Positions 37,846 to 48,564 of a DNA stretch of 64,000 nt are shown piece by piece. The stretch comes from Candidatus Latescibacterota bacterium. Lineage in GTDB: Bacteria > Latescibacterota > UBA2968 > UBA8231. Each line of letters begins with the position of its first letter. The first letter of the stretch is position 1. The notes under the pieces were generated by a model. It was not told where the DNA came from. It saw only the letters and a list, made by a program, of their open reading frames with translations, and did not search any database. The position numbers were made by a program, and so were the translations under genes. The stretch spans positions 128,001 to 192,000 of the forward strand of contig CBDETK010000013.1 in assembly GCA_965242865.1 (NCBI GenBank), read 5' to 3'.

Positions 37846-38733
37846 ATGAGCACCCCAACGCGCCCCGCGCGCACACCCAAGCGGAGAGTTCGGGAGCTGG
37901 AGGTGGTCGTCGTCCAAGCGCGCCGCGACACCCCAGACACCACCACGCTCTTTATGTCGGCTGGCGACGAGCCGCCCGCCTACGAGGCCGGCCACTTCTG
38001 CACCATTGATCCGCATCAGTTCGGCGAGTTGGAGCACTTCACCGCCTATTTAGAAGATCAAAAGGGGCAGCGGGAAAAGCCGCGGGCCTATTCCATGGCT
38101 TCTGCACCGCACGAGCAGCATCTGGCCATCACGATCAAAGAGGAACGCTACGAGAGCGGCCAGACCCCGTACCCCCCGCTGCTGTCGCCGCTTTTGACGT
38201 ACTACGTCCAAGCGGGTCGGCGGCTGGTCATCAGCGGTTTTACCGGGGCATACACCTTTCCCCCTGATGTCTGCGACCGCACCGGTCACATTCTCCACGT
38301 GTGTGCTGGCAGCGGCATTGTGCCCAACCGGAGCTTGATCAAGGAAAGCCTGCACCGCGGCGACCCCCTCCGGCACACCTTGCTGTTTAGCAACAAGACG
38401 CGCCGCGACATCATTTACTACGAAGAGTTTGAAGCGCTGCGGGCGCAGTATCCCAGCCAGCTCGACGTGATTCACTGCATCACCCGCGAAGATCCCGTCG
38501 GCATCCGCGGGGCCCGCAACGAGCGCATCTCCGGGGACCTCTTGCGCGAAGTCGCGCCCGACCCTTCGGCGGTGCTGGCCTATAGCTGCGGCCCGGGCAT
38601 CACGCCCTACGAGCGTCGGGCGGCCCGGGCCCAAGGCGAGGAGCCGGAGCCGCGCTTCGTCGAAAACATGGTCGCCCTGTTGCGCGCCCACGGGTTGGAC
38701 AAAGGGCAGATCCGGCAGGAAAGCTGGGGCTGA
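37846..38733 (+). CDS. FAD/NAD(P)-binding oxidoreductase (ferredoxin-NADP reductase family)
   Basis: 'RAYSMAS', 'CAGSGIVP', 'LLFSNKT', 'YSCGP', 'ESWG'. Confidence 0.85.
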   Translation: MSTPTRPARTPKRRVRELEVVVVQARRDTPDTTTLFMSAGDEPPAYEAGHFCTIDPHQFGELEHFTAYLEDQKGQREKPRAYSMASAPHEQHLAITIKEERYESGQTPYPPLLSPLLTYYVQAGRRLVISGFTGAYTFPPDVCDRTGHILHVCAGSGIVPNRSLIKESLHRGDPLRHTLLFSNKTRRDIIYYEEFEALRAQYPSQLDVIHCITREDPVGIRGARNERISGDLLREVAPDPSAVLAYSCGPGITPYERRAARAQGEEPEPRFVENMVALLRAHGLDKGQIRQESWG

Positions 38734-39690
38734 ATGAAGTTGATCGTGCAGATTCCCTGCTTTGACGAAGAGCAGACCCTGCCCGCTGTACTGCGCGACA
38801 TCCCGCGCCAAGTGCCCGGCATCGACCAAGTCGAAATTTTGGTCATCGACGACGGCTCCAGCGACCTCACCAGCGAGGTGGCCCGCGAGTGCGGCGCCGA
38901 TCACGTACTGCGCTTCCCGCGCAACCGGGGGCTAGGGCAAGCCTTTAAGGCCGGTTTTGACGCTTGTCTGCGGCTGGGCGCCGACATCATCGTCAACACC
39001 GACGGCGACAACCAGTACTTCGGCGGCGACATCGGCAAATTAGTCGCGCCGATCCTCTGCGGTCAGGCCGACATGGTCATCGGCGACCGGCAGACGCAGG
39101 GCATTGCCCAATTCTCCGCCCTCAAGCGCTACCTACAGAGCTTGGGCAGCCGAGTGATAAGCCGCCTCGCCGGCGTACCGGTGCCGGATGTGGCCAGCGG
39201 CTTTCGCGCCTACAGCCGCGATTGCGCGCTCCAGCTTTCGACCCTTACCGATTTCGACCACACGGCCGAGCACGTGGTCGAGGCCGGGTACAAGAATTTG
39301 GCCGTTGCTTCGGTCGCGGTCCGCACCAATCCCAAGACGCGCGAGTCGCGCCTCTTTTCCAACATCGGCCAGTTCGTCTTCAAATCCGGGGAAATCAGTT
39401 TGCGGACCTACACGCGCTATACCGCACTCAAAATATTTGTGGCATGCGGCACTTTGACCTTTGTCGCTGGCTTTTGCCTCGGGGTGCGCTTTCTCTACTT
39501 CTTCTTTTTTACCGACCAAGGAGGGCTGCACATGCAGTCGCTGATTTTGGCGGCGATTCTGCTGTTGGCCGGGTTTCAGATGGTTCTCACCGGGGTCCTA
39601 GCCGATTTGATCGCGACCAATAGGCACTTGCTCGAAGACGCCCTGCAGCGGATCAAGAAGTTGGAATTGCGCGGCACGAGCCAAAAGTAA
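38734..39690 (+). CDS. Glycosyltransferase family 2 (DPM1-like) with C-terminal TM helices
   Basis: 'QIPCFDEE', 'IDDGSSD', 'NTDGDNQY', 'DVASGFRAY'. Confidence 0.9.
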   Translation: MKLIVQIPCFDEEQTLPAVLRDIPRQVPGIDQVEILVIDDGSSDLTSEVARECGADHVLRFPRNRGLGQAFKAGFDACLRLGADIIVNTDGDNQYFGGDIGKLVAPILCGQADMVIGDRQTQGIAQFSALKRYLQSLGSRVISRLAGVPVPDVASGFRAYSRDCALQLSTLTDFDHTAEHVVEAGYKNLAVASVAVRTNPKTRESRLFSNIGQFVFKSGEISLRTYTRYTALKIFVACGTLTFVAGFCLGVRFLYFFFFTDQGGLHMQSLILAAILLLAGFQMVLTGVLADLIATNRHLLEDALQRIKKLELRGTSQK

Positions 39691-39694
39691 CTTC

Positions 39695-40642
39695 ATGCCG
39701 AAACCTGCGATTTACATAGACGGCCAAGAGGGGACGACCGGGCTGCGGATTCGCCAGATGCTAGCCGGGCGCGAGGATGTGGAGGTGTTGCTCATTCCAC
39801 CGGCTCATCGCCGCGATCGGGGGGCGCGGGCCGAGTTTCTCAACCGAGCGGATTTGAGCGTGCTCTGCCTGCCCGACGACGCGGCCGCCGAGGCCCTCGC
39901 CTTGCTCGAAAACCCCCAGACCAAGGTCATCGACACGAGCACGGCGCGCCGGGTCCACCCCGAGTGGACCTACGGGCTGCCCGAGATTTCACCCGCGCAC
40001 AAGGAACAAATTCGCCGGGCGCGGCGAGTCGCCAACTGCGGTTGTTATCCCGTCGGCTTCATCCTCGCGGTGCGGCCCCTCATCGAGCAAGGGCTGCTTT
40101 TGCCCACCGCGCCGCTGGCCATCCACGCGGTGTCCGGCTATTCCGGCGGCGGACGCAAAATGATCGCCGAATACGAGGGAGCCGGCGACCGCAAGCCCTT
40201 TTGTCTGTACGGCCTCGATGGCACCCACAAGCACTTGCCCGAGCTATGGAAATTCAGCGGGTGCGAAAAACGGCCGCTCTTTGTGCCGTCCGTGGATCAT
40301 TCGTTCTGCGGCATGGTCGTCAGCACGCCCGTGCCCGCGGAGTTTTTCGCCCGTCCCCCCGTCACGTGCGAAGCCGTACACGAGGTCTGGCGCGAGTGCT
40401 ACAAAGACTGTCCCTTTGTGAAGTTGGTCGCGCCGCAAGCCCCTGTCCTGCGCGACGACAAGTTCCTCGACCTAACCGGATTGAGCCAGACGAATTTCGT
40501 CGAGCTATCGGTTTGGGGCGACCCGCACCAAGGGTTGGTTTTGGTCGGGCGGCTCGACAACCTCGGCAAAGGGGCTGCGGGCAATGCCGTGCAGTGCCTC
40601 AACTTGATGCTCGGTGGCGATGAAACCGCAGGGCTGTGCTAG
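39695..40642 (+). CDS. argC: N-acetyl-gamma-glutamyl-phosphate reductase (type 2)
   Basis: 'IDGQEGTTGL', 'ANCGCYP', 'SGYSGGG', 'LDNLGKGAAG.AVQ'. Confidence 0.93.
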   Translation: MPKPAIYIDGQEGTTGLRIRQMLAGREDVEVLLIPPAHRRDRGARAEFLNRADLSVLCLPDDAAAEALALLENPQTKVIDTSTARRVHPEWTYGLPEISPAHKEQIRRARRVANCGCYPVGFILAVRPLIEQGLLLPTAPLAIHAVSGYSGGGRKMIAEYEGAGDRKPFCLYGLDGTHKHLPELWKFSGCEKRPLFVPSVDHSFCGMVVSTPVPAEFFARPPVTCEAVHEVWRECYKDCPFVKLVAPQAPVLRDDKFLDLTGLSQTNFVELSVWGDPHQGLVLVGRLDNLGKGAAGNAVQCLNLMLGGDETAGLC

Positions 40643-41392
40643 ATGCTCGTCGATAGCCACTGCCACCTTGACCAATTTGCCGATGCGGACGCCATCCTCG
40701 CCGCGGCCGCTGAAGCCGGGGTGGGGCAGGTCGTCGCCGTCAGCGAAAGCACCCACTCCATGCGTGCGGTGCGCGCCCTCAAGCAGCGCTACCCACGCCA
40801 AGTGCTGGCCGGGCTGGGCTTGCATCCCGCCTGGGTCACCCAAGTCACAGCCGCCGAACTGGCCGATGGGCTCGCCTATCTGGCCGCGCACTTGCCCGAG
40901 GCCGATGTCCTCGGCGAGGTCGGCCTCGACTACAAGTGCGCGGTTAGCCCAGCGCAGCAGGCCCATCAGCAGGATGTCCTCGCGCAGCAGCTCGATCTAG
41001 CGGCTCAATGCGGCAAGCCGATCAACCTGCACTCGCGCCGCGCCCAGCGGCCCACCTTGGAACGGGCTGTAGAGTTTCGCCGCCGCACCCAGCTCAACGC
41101 CCAGCTACACTGGTTCACCCAATCCAAAAAGCTCGTGCGGATATGTCGGGCGGAGGGCATTTACGTCTCCGTCGGCCCGTCGGTGCTGGCCGACCCGCAG
41201 ACCCAAGCCGTGGTCGCGGAGTTGGACCGCGCGTTGCTGCTGTTGGAAACGGACGCGCCCGTGCCCATCGGCGGGGCCGTGGGCCATCCGGCGCGGGTGG
41301 CCGCCGTGGCCGCAAAACTGGCCGAGCTCATCGGGTTCACCGCAGAGGAGGCCGCGGCCAACTGGGCGCGTTATTTGGGCGAGCGGCCGTGA
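40643..41392 (+). CDS. TatD family hydrolase
   Basis: 'DSHCHL', 'GLHP', 'GEVGLD', 'HSRRA', 'LLETDAP'. Confidence 0.9.
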   Translation: MLVDSHCHLDQFADADAILAAAAEAGVGQVVAVSESTHSMRAVRALKQRYPRQVLAGLGLHPAWVTQVTAAELADGLAYLAAHLPEADVLGEVGLDYKCAVSPAQQAHQQDVLAQQLDLAAQCGKPINLHSRRAQRPTLERAVEFRRRTQLNAQLHWFTQSKKLVRICRAEGIYVSVGPSVLADPQTQAVVAELDRALLLLETDAPVPIGGAVGHPARVAAVAAKLAELIGFTAEEAAANWARYLGERP

Positions 41393-41437
41393 AAACGCTA
41401 GACATTATTGGAAATAGCTAGGTAAACAGGAGGAACC

Positions 41438-43180
41438 ATGCCAACGAGCATTTTTGCCCTTGCTTGCGCCCTCGTCTTTGGCGGGCTATCCGGGCCAGCA
41501 AGCGCCCAACAGGGCCTAGGAAACTTGGAAAATCTGATCGATCTGGGCGGCGGAGACGCCAGATTACAGGCCCTTTCCGCAGCCGACCTACCCGACCTCA
41601 ATCAGGATTTGACTTCCGGCAAGGCGCGCCTGCCCGGCAGCTTGAACGTAGATAAGACGCGCATCAGCCAAGATCGCGACGTAAATCCAGACGCGTACAT
41701 CGTCGGCCCCAACGACGTATTGCAGCTTTACATCTGGGGAGAATTCGACCAACCCTACACGCTGCAAATCGATCCAGAGGGCAATGTCCTCATCCCCACG
41801 GTCGGTTCGTTTCACATTTCGGGCCGGTCCCTGACCGAGGCTAAAGAACGCCTCGCAACCGCAGTCCAAAACAAGTATCCCAACGTGAAAATCAGCATTT
41901 CGCTCGTGAGCATGCGCTTCTTTACGGCGTACGTCACCGGCGCGGTGATGAACGAGGGCAGCTTCACCATTCATCCGACCACGCGGGTGGCGGATATAAT
42001 CAAGCAGGCCGGCGGCTTTAGGGATCGGTCACGGGGCCAAGGCGCTGAAGATCCGACCCGCCGCACCAACCGCGCCACCGGCCGGCGCTCCATTGAGGTG
42101 TTCCACCGCGACGGCACGGTCGAGCGCGTGGACCTCGACATGTTCCTCGCCACCGGCAACCTCGCGCACAATCCCTACGTGCGCATGGGCGACGTGGTCC
42201 ACGTGGCGTTCCGCGACCATGCGGTGTACATCTTCGGCGCGGTCAACCAAGAGGGCGAATACGAGTTTTTACCCGGGGACACCCTCGGCGACCTAGTGAC
42301 CTTGGCCCAGGGCTTGCGCCGCGCCAAGCCCCTGATCAGCGCCGAGCTCTGGCGCTTTCAGGAGGGGACTGAGCAGGCCGAACTCATCGAGCTGAGCGGC
42401 GACAAAGGGACGCTGGCAGAGCTGGATTACGAAAAAATCCGCCACCTCGAGCTGCGCCCCAACGACGCGGTCTTCATCCGAGCGCAGTCCCTGTGGCAAT
42501 CTACGCACACGGTCTCGGTCTCGGGCGAGGTCCGGTTCCAAGGTCGCTACCGCATCGAACCCGGGGTCACCCGCATCAAGGATGTGGTAGCCGCGGCCGG
42601 CGGCCTAACCGACGAGGCGTCGCTCATTGGCGCCCGCGTGATTCGCACGCGGGTCCGCGCCGAGAGCGACCCCCAGCTAGAGCAGCTGCAAAGACAGAGC
42701 GAGGTGGCGGGCCTCACGTACATGAACATTGAGGATCGGGCTTATCTCAAGACCAAAACCCGCGAGGAAAAGGGGCGGGTCGCGGTCGATTTTGAGCGGT
42801 TGTTTATCGATGGCGACGAGGGGCAAAACATCCTACTGGCCAGCGGCGACGTGATCTTTTTTCCCCTGCAGCGGCACACCGTCAGCGTCAGCGGCCAAGT
42901 GGAGCGAGCCGGGCTTATTGACTACGAGATCGGCCGCGACGTGCGCTACTACATAACCAAGGCCGGCGGGTACTTGTACGACGCGGACAAGCGCAATGCC
43001 CGCCTAGTCCGGGCGCGCACGGGCGTCCGCGAGAAACTCAAGGGCGACCTAATCGTCGAAGTTGGCGATGAAATATGGGTGCCCCAGAAGGAACGCATCA
43101 ACTACTGGGCACTCACCCAAGAGACCATTCGCACCGCCGCCAGCATCCTCGCCCTCGTCCTTGCGGTGCGGTCTCTTTAG
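41438..43180 (+). CDS. Polysaccharide export protein with SLBB domains (Wza-like)
   Basis: 'YIVGPNDVL', repeated SLBB 'V.G.V...G.Y'. Confidence 0.85.
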   Translation: MPTSIFALACALVFGGLSGPASAQQGLGNLENLIDLGGGDARLQALSAADLPDLNQDLTSGKARLPGSLNVDKTRISQDRDVNPDAYIVGPNDVLQLYIWGEFDQPYTLQIDPEGNVLIPTVGSFHISGRSLTEAKERLATAVQNKYPNVKISISLVSMRFFTAYVTGAVMNEGSFTIHPTTRVADIIKQAGGFRDRSRGQGAEDPTRRTNRATGRRSIEVFHRDGTVERVDLDMFLATGNLAHNPYVRMGDVVHVAFRDHAVYIFGAVNQEGEYEFLPGDTLGDLVTLAQGLRRAKPLISAELWRFQEGTEQAELIELSGDKGTLAELDYEKIRHLELRPNDAVFIRAQSLWQSTHTVSVSGEVRFQGRYRIEPGVTRIKDVVAAAGGLTDEASLIGARVIRTRVRAESDPQLEQLQRQSEVAGLTYMNIEDRAYLKTKTREEKGRVAVDFERLFIDGDEGQNILLASGDVIFFPLQRHTVSVSGQVERAGLIDYEIGRDVRYYITKAGGYLYDADKRNARLVRARTGVREKLKGDLIVEVGDEIWVPQKERINYWALTQETIRTAASILALVLAVRSL

Positions 43181-43206
43181 ACAAAAACCCCAAGGAGCGC
43201 GACTGA

Positions 43207-44400
43207 ATGAATTCCCCGAAAAAAGAAATCGACATCCTCGACTTGCTAACGGCGCTGCACGCGGGCCGATGGCCCATCATCGGCGGCACCTTGGCGATCT
43301 GCGTCTTGGCCGGGGGCCTCAGCTTCCTCCTGCCAAAGGAATACGAGGCCACCGTGCAAATTCTGCCGCCCCGAGAAGAGAAGCAGAGTTTTGGTTTTTC
43401 CAGCCTGCTGTCGTCCTTACCCATACCGACGCTGCGCCTCGGGGAACGGGGCACGCCGGCCGACATTTCGCTCGCGACCATCCGCAGCGAGACGACGCGG
43501 CGGCGGATGATCCAGCAATTCGACTTGATGCGGCACTACGAAGCGCGCACCCTGACCGACGCGCTCGAAACCCTCGCCGACAAAACCACGGCCGACATGA
43601 CCGAAGAGGGCATGCTTTCGGTTTCAGTACTCGCCCCAGAGCCGCAGATGGCCGCGGACATGGCCAATTACTACATCGTCCTGCTCGATAGCACCAACAA
43701 GCGGTTCTCGCACAAGACCGCCTCCGAGCGCTTGAGTTTTATCCGCGGGCTTTTGCAAGAAGAGGATCAAAAGCTAGAGGACAAAATGAAGCGGCTGGAG
43801 GAGTTCCAAGCCGAGCACAACGCCATCTCGATCGCGGACCAAGCCCGCGCCGTGATCCTGACTGCCACCTCCATGCGGACCGCCGTGCTGGAGCTCGAAA
43901 TTGAGCGCCAACGGCTCATTCAATCCGGGCTGGGTTTTGACCACGACAAGGTCAAAAAGCTCGAGCGCGAAATTCAACTGCGGAATGTGACCATGGATTT
44001 CTTGCGCGATGGCCTGCCGACCAACAACGGCGTCCTGCAAAACAAGGCGTTACAACTCGATCTGGAGGAAGACTTCTTTCTGCCGCTCAAGCAGATCCCG
44101 GGCGTGGCCCAAGAGTACGCGACCCTCGAAAAGGATGTTCTCGTGCAGACCTCCCTTTTGCTGGTCCTGCTGCAACAGGAGGCCCAAGCCCTGATTGAGG
44201 CCAAGGACGCCACTTCAACCGTGCAGGTGCTCGATCCGGCCACGCCGCCCGAGATCAAGGCAAAACCCCAGCGCGTGATGATCGTATTTATCGCCGGCCT
44301 ACTCAGCCTTTTTGCCTCAATAGCTTATGTGCTGGGGGCGGTGTACATGCGGGATATTCAGCAGCGCTGGCGCACGCGGCGCGAGGCGCTGGCGGTCTGA
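43207..44400 (+). CDS. Wzz/GumC-like chain-length determinant (GNVR)
   Basis: 'EIDILDLL', two TMs, '[18 protein letters not shown]'. Confidence 0.85.
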   Translation: MNSPKKEIDILDLLTALHAGRWPIIGGTLAICVLAGGLSFLLPKEYEATVQILPPREEKQSFGFSSLLSSLPIPTLRLGERGTPADISLATIRSETTRRRMIQQFDLMRHYEARTLTDALETLADKTTADMTEEGMLSVSVLAPEPQMAADMANYYIVLLDSTNKRFSHKTASERLSFIRGLLQEEDQKLEDKMKRLEEFQAEHNAISIADQARAVILTATSMRTAVLELEIERQRLIQSGLGFDHDKVKKLEREIQLRNVTMDFLRDGLPTNNGVLQNKALQLDLEEDFFLPLKQIPGVAQEYATLEKDVLVQTSLLLVLLQQEAQALIEAKDATSTVQVLDPATPPEIKAKPQRVMIVFIAGLLSLFASIAYVLGAVYMRDIQQRWRTRREALAV

Positions 44401-44840
44401 TGGCTATTCAAGTGAAGGTGGTCAACAAAGGCGGCCAGCCGCTGCCGACCTACGAGACCGCCGCCAGCGCGGGCCTTGATTTGCGCGCCGCGCTATCCGC
44501 AGCCGTCGTCTTAGCCCCCGGCGAGCGCGGCCTCATTCCCACGGGCCTGTTCCTCGAAATCCCCCCGGGCTACGAGGCCCAGGTCAGGCCGCGCAGTGGC
44601 TTGGCCCTCAAGCGCGGTCTGACCCTGCTCAACGCCCCGGGCACCATCGACGCCGACTACCGAGGCGAAGTGGGCGTCATCGCGATCAACCTTTCGGCCC
44701 AAGCGCAGCGCATCGCCCCAGGCGACCGCATTGCCCAGCTCGTTTTCGCGCCGGTGACGCGCGGCGAGTGGGTCGAGGTGGAGACGCTCGCCGAAACCGA
44801 GCGCGGGCGCGGCGGCTTTGGCTCGACCGGGACGCACTGA
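44400..44840 (+). CDS. dut: dUTP diphosphatase
   Basis: 'SAGLDL', 'RPRSGLA', '[11 protein letters not shown]', 'RIAQL', '[10 protein letters not shown]'. Confidence 0.96.
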   Translation: MAIQVKVVNKGGQPLPTYETAASAGLDLRAALSAAVVLAPGERGLIPTGLFLEIPPGYEAQVRPRSGLALKRGLTLLNAPGTIDADYRGEVGVIAINLSAQAQRIAPGDRIAQLVFAPVTRGEWVEVETLAETERGRGGFGSTGTH

Positions 44841-44931
44841 AGATCCTTGGACCGGCAGTAGTGACAAGCGGCGATGGTTGTCGCTGGAATACCGCACCGC
44901 TGACTTTAGGCGCGAATAGAAGGATTCAGGA

Positions 44932-45468
44932 GTGGAAATTGGGTGTACCTATCGCGTAAAAGTAAACTGGGTTATTGACGGTGATACTGTGGACGTCCTG
45001 TGGCAGGGCAATAAATATCGCGTACGGATTTACGGTATTGACGCTCCAGAATTAGAGCAGGCATACGGTCCAGAAGCTGCCGAGGCTTTGCACAGGATGC
45101 TGGGCGGTAACGAAGTACTTCTAGAAGTGACGAACGTGGACAGGTATGGCCGTGTGGTGGGGCTTATTTACTATGCGGACAGACATCGCCAAAATTCAAT
45201 CAACCTGCGTATGGTGCGAGATGGTCATGCCTATGCGTACATCCGCTATGGGGGTGCGGAGTTGGGCTTTACCAATGCGGAAGGTGATGCTCGGCATGGG
45301 CGGCGTGGCGTCTGGCGGCAATCAAGGCAGGGCGGTGAGCGCCCTTGGGACTTCCGTCGTCAGCAGCGCAGCAAGGCTCCGGTAGATAGTGGCGGCTGTC
45401 TGTTGTGGTTTTGCTTTCTGACTATTGCAGTAATTTTTCTTTTCTGGCTCGTGCGAGGAATTTGGTAG
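44932..45468 (+). CDS. Thermonuclease (SNase) family protein with C-terminal TM anchor
   Basis: 'VIDGDT', 'RIYGIDAPE', 'DRYGR', 'PWDFRR'; lower GC. Confidence 0.88.
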   Translation: MEIGCTYRVKVNWVIDGDTVDVLWQGNKYRVRIYGIDAPELEQAYGPEAAEALHRMLGGNEVLLEVTNVDRYGRVVGLIYYADRHRQNSINLRMVRDGHAYAYIRYGGAELGFTNAEGDARHGRRGVWRQSRQGGERPWDFRRQQRSKAPVDSGGCLLWFCFLTIAVIFLFWLVRGIW

Positions 45469-45489
45469 TTGGAGTATGGATAACGCGGT

Positions 45490-45759
45490 TTAACGCGCGC
45501 CTCCGGCCAATGCCGGCAGAAAATGCACCTCGCTTTGCGGCCCCACCTTCGCCCTAAGCCCGGCCGCGACGACTTCGCCATCTACCGCCACGGCAATCTC
45601 GGTCTTGATGCGGTCGCCATCGAGAATCCGCTCCTTGAACGCAGGGTAGCGGGCGTCGAGTGCGACAATGACCTCGCGCACGGTCGCGCCCTCTACCTCT
45701 ACTTGCTGCTGGCCGTCGGTCAGCTTCTGCATCAGCGAAGGAATCCAAACCACCGGCAT
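45490..45759 (-). CDS. MoaD/ThiS family sulfur carrier
   Basis: Ubiquitin-like 'VEVEGATVREVI..L...YP', 'EVHFLPALAGGAR'. Confidence 0.88.
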   Translation of the reverse strand: MPVVWIPSLMQKLTDGQQQVEVEGATVREVIVALDARYPAFKERILDGDRIKTEIAVAVDGEVVAAGLRAKVGPQSEVHFLPALAGGAR

Positions 45760-45763
45760 GGCC

Positions 45764-48019
45764 TTAGCTACTCCCGGCCAATGCGGCCACAATCCGGTCG
45801 GGCTTCATGGGCAATTCCCGCGGACGCACACCCACGGCATCCTCAATGGCAGCGGCGATGGCGGCGGGCGGCGGGGCGATGTTGGCCTCGCCGACGCCGC
45901 GCACCCCGTAGGGATGGCCCGGATTGGGCACCTCGACGATGATGGTCTCGATCATCGGCAGGTCGAGGCTGGTCGGGATCCGGTAGTCGAGATAGCTGGA
46001 GTTGTCGAGGTGGCCGTCTCGGTTGTAGAAGTACTCCTCGTTGAGTGCCCAACCAATGCCTTGCGCCGAGCCGCCCTGCATCTGGCCCTCAACGTACGCC
46101 GGGTGAATCGCCCGGCCAGCGTCTTGGACCACCGTAAAGCGCAGGATATCGACCTTGCCGGTATCGGGATCTACCCTGACATCGGCGATATTGGCCGCAA
46201 AGGAGCCGCCGACGCCCGAATCGGGGTCCACGGTGGCGCGGCCAATGACCGGGCCGCCGGTCTCCTCGACTCGGCCAGCGAGTTCCTTAAAGGTCATGGC
46301 CTTATCGCCGGAGCGGAAGACGCCGTCGTCAAACTCGACTTGGCTCGCCTCGACCTCCCAGAGTTGGGCCGCGCGCTCGCAGAGCTGATCCCGCACATCG
46401 AGGGCGGCCTTGTACGCGGCCCAGCCCGTGGCGTACGTCACGCGGCTACCGCCGGTTACGTCCGTGTGGCCGATTGAGTCGGTGTCGCCCACTTGCGGTT
46501 TGACGTCTTCGGCCCGCAGGCCCAAGGTCTCGGCAAACTGCATGGCAACCGACGTGCGCGTACCGCCGATGTCGGTCGAACCCTCGACCAAGCTGACCGT
46601 GCCGTCTGCGTTGACGCTGGCTGTGCAGGAGGATTTAAGCCCGACGTTGAACCAATAGCCGACCGAGATGCCGCGCCCGCCGTTGGGGGCTGCCGGTGCT
46701 GGACTCTGGTAGTGGTCCGAGTGGGCGATGGCTTCCAACACCTCCTTGCAGCCCATCTTGGGATACACCACGCCGTCAATGCGGCGGGTGCCGGTTGTCG
46801 CGCTGTTTTTGAGCCGGATCACCAGCGGCTCCATCCCCAATTCGGCGGCCAGCAAATCGACCACGTGCTCGGTGGCGAAAGCCACTTGCGTCGAACCCGG
46901 GGCGCGATACGCAAAGCTCCGCGGCTTGTTGACCACTACGTCGTAGCAGTCGATTCGGCCATCGGGGATGTCGTAGCACGAAAACACGCACATCGCAGCC
47001 GCGCCGACTAAGCCGCCGGGGTACGCCCCGGACTCAAAGGCGATGTAAGCGTCGGCGGCCACGATCTTGCCGCTCTTGTCCGCGCCCATCTTGATCTTGA
47101 TGTACGACCCCGGCGTCGGGCCGGTGCTCTCGAAGACAGCGGGCCGGGTCATAACCAGCTTGACGGGTTGGCCGCTCGCCTTGGAGAGCAGGGCGGCGAT
47201 CGGCTCCAAGTAAATCGGGATTTTGCCGCCAAAGCCGCCGCCGATTTCTTGGGGCACGACCTTGATCTTGGAAATGGGCATGTCTAATACCGCGCCGATT
47301 TGGGCGCGAGCGGTGAACGACCCTTGGGTGCTAGTCCAAATCGTCAGTTGGCCGTCGGCGTTCCAACTCGCGGTGGCGTTGTGCGGCTCGATGTACCCTT
47401 GATGCACGGTGGCGGTCTGAAACTCGCGCTCCACAATCACGTCGGCCTCGGCAAAGGCCCGGCCGGGGTCGCCGAGCCGGTGTTCAAAGTGGGTGGCGAG
47501 GTTGCTCTTGCGGCCGGTGTCTTCGCCAAACTCTTGGGTCGTCATGTCGTCGTGGAGCTGGGGGGCGTCCTCCTGCATGGCCTCGCGCACATCGAGCACT
47601 GGCTCTAGGACCTCGTACTCGACCTCGATCAGGCTGAGGGACTCTTCGGCAATGTGGACGCTGGTAGCAGCAACCGCGGCGACCGGATGCCCGCTGTACA
47701 GGGCTTTGTCGGTAGCCAGCACATTGTCGCGCAGGTACTTGAGCCGGGCCGGGCCTTCGCCGAGATCGACGATCTGGTCGCCGGCATCGGGCAGATCAGC
47801 CCCGGTGAGAATGGCCTTGACCCCCGGTAGGGCCGCGGCTTTAGCAGTGTCTAGGGACTTGATGCGCGCATGGGCGTGGGGCGAGCGCAGGACCTGTCCG
47901 TAGAGCAAGCCGGCCAATCGGGTGTCGGCCCCGTACAGGGCGCGCCCGGTGACCTTGTCGACGCCGTCGTGGCGAATGGGACGGGTGCCGATGACTTTGT
48001 AGCCGTTGGTAGCAGACAT
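45764..48019 (-). CDS. Xanthine dehydrogenase family molybdopterin-binding subunit (CoxL/CutL-like)
   Basis: 'DKVTGRA.Y', 'RSPHAHA', 'GGGFGGK', 'AYRAPG', 'GQMQGG..QG', 'RGVGE'. Confidence 0.93.
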   Translation of the reverse strand: MSATNGYKVIGTRPIRHDGVDKVTGRALYGADTRLAGLLYGQVLRSPHAHARIKSLDTAKAAALPGVKAILTGADLPDAGDQIVDLGEGPARLKYLRDNVLATDKALYSGHPVAAVAATSVHIAEESLSLIEVEYEVLEPVLDVREAMQEDAPQLHDDMTTQEFGEDTGRKSNLATHFEHRLGDPGRAFAEADVIVEREFQTATVHQGYIEPHNATASWNADGQLTIWTSTQGSFTARAQIGAVLDMPISKIKVVPQEIGGGFGGKIPIYLEPIAALLSKASGQPVKLVMTRPAVFESTGPTPGSYIKIKMGADKSGKIVAADAYIAFESGAYPGGLVGAAAMCVFSCYDIPDGRIDCYDVVVNKPRSFAYRAPGSTQVAFATEHVVDLLAAELGMEPLVIRLKNSATTGTRRIDGVVYPKMGCKEVLEAIAHSDHYQSPAPAAPNGGRGISVGYWFNVGLKSSCTASVNADGTVSLVEGSTDIGGTRTSVAMQFAETLGLRAEDVKPQVGDTDSIGHTDVTGGSRVTYATGWAAYKAALDVRDQLCERAAQLWEVEASQVEFDDGVFRSGDKAMTFKELAGRVEETGGPVIGRATVDPDSGVGGSFAANIADVRVDPDTGKVDILRFTVVQDAGRAIHPAYVEGQMQGGSAQGIGWALNEEYFYNRDGHLDNSSYLDYRIPTSLDLPMIETIIVEVPNPGHPYGVRGVGEANIAPPPAAIAAAIEDAVGVRPRELPMKPDRIVAALAGSS

Positions 48020-48039
48020 GGCGTTCCTCCTCTTCCGGT

Positions 48040-48519
48040 TTAGGCACTTTGGCGCACTTCCTCCGCGGCGTCGAGGACCGCGCGGATGATTTTGTCGTAG
48101 CCCGTGCAGCGGCACAAGTTGCCGGCCAGCCAGTGCCGCACTTCGTGCTCCGAAGGGTTGGGGTTGTGATCGAGCAGTGCCTTGGCGGCCACCAAAAAGC
48201 CCGGGGTGCAGATGCCGCATTGGAGCGCGGCGTGTTCGAGGAACTTCTGCTGCACCGGGTGCAGGCTATCCGGGCTGGCAAGGCCCTCGACCGTTTCGAC
48301 CGCCTTGCCCTCGGCCTCGACGGCCAGCATGAGACAAGAATCGACGAGGATGCCATCGACTGCGACCGAGCACGCGCCGCAGTTGCCGTCGTTGCAGCCC
48401 TCTTTGGTGCCGGTGAAGCCGAGCGTCTCGCGCAATACTTCGAGCAGGCTCTGGCGCGGCTCGCAGAGAAATTCAGTCGGCTCTCCGTTGATCGTGGTTT
48501 GGACGTGTGTTTTGCTCAT
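48040..48519 (-). CDS. (2Fe-2S)-binding subunit (CoxS-like)
   Basis: 'GTKEGCNDGNCGAC', 'QCGICTPG', 'NLCRCTGY'. Confidence 0.95.
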   Translation of the reverse strand: MSKTHVQTTINGEPTEFLCEPRQSLLEVLRETLGFTGTKEGCNDGNCGACSVAVDGILVDSCLMLAVEAEGKAVETVEGLASPDSLHPVQQKFLEHAALQCGICTPGFLVAAKALLDHNPNPSEHEVRHWLAGNLCRCTGYDKIIRAVLDAAEEVRQSA

Positions 48520-48564
48520 TACCTTAACTCCGAATTTGGGCCGCCTGTTGCGGCGAGTGAAGAG

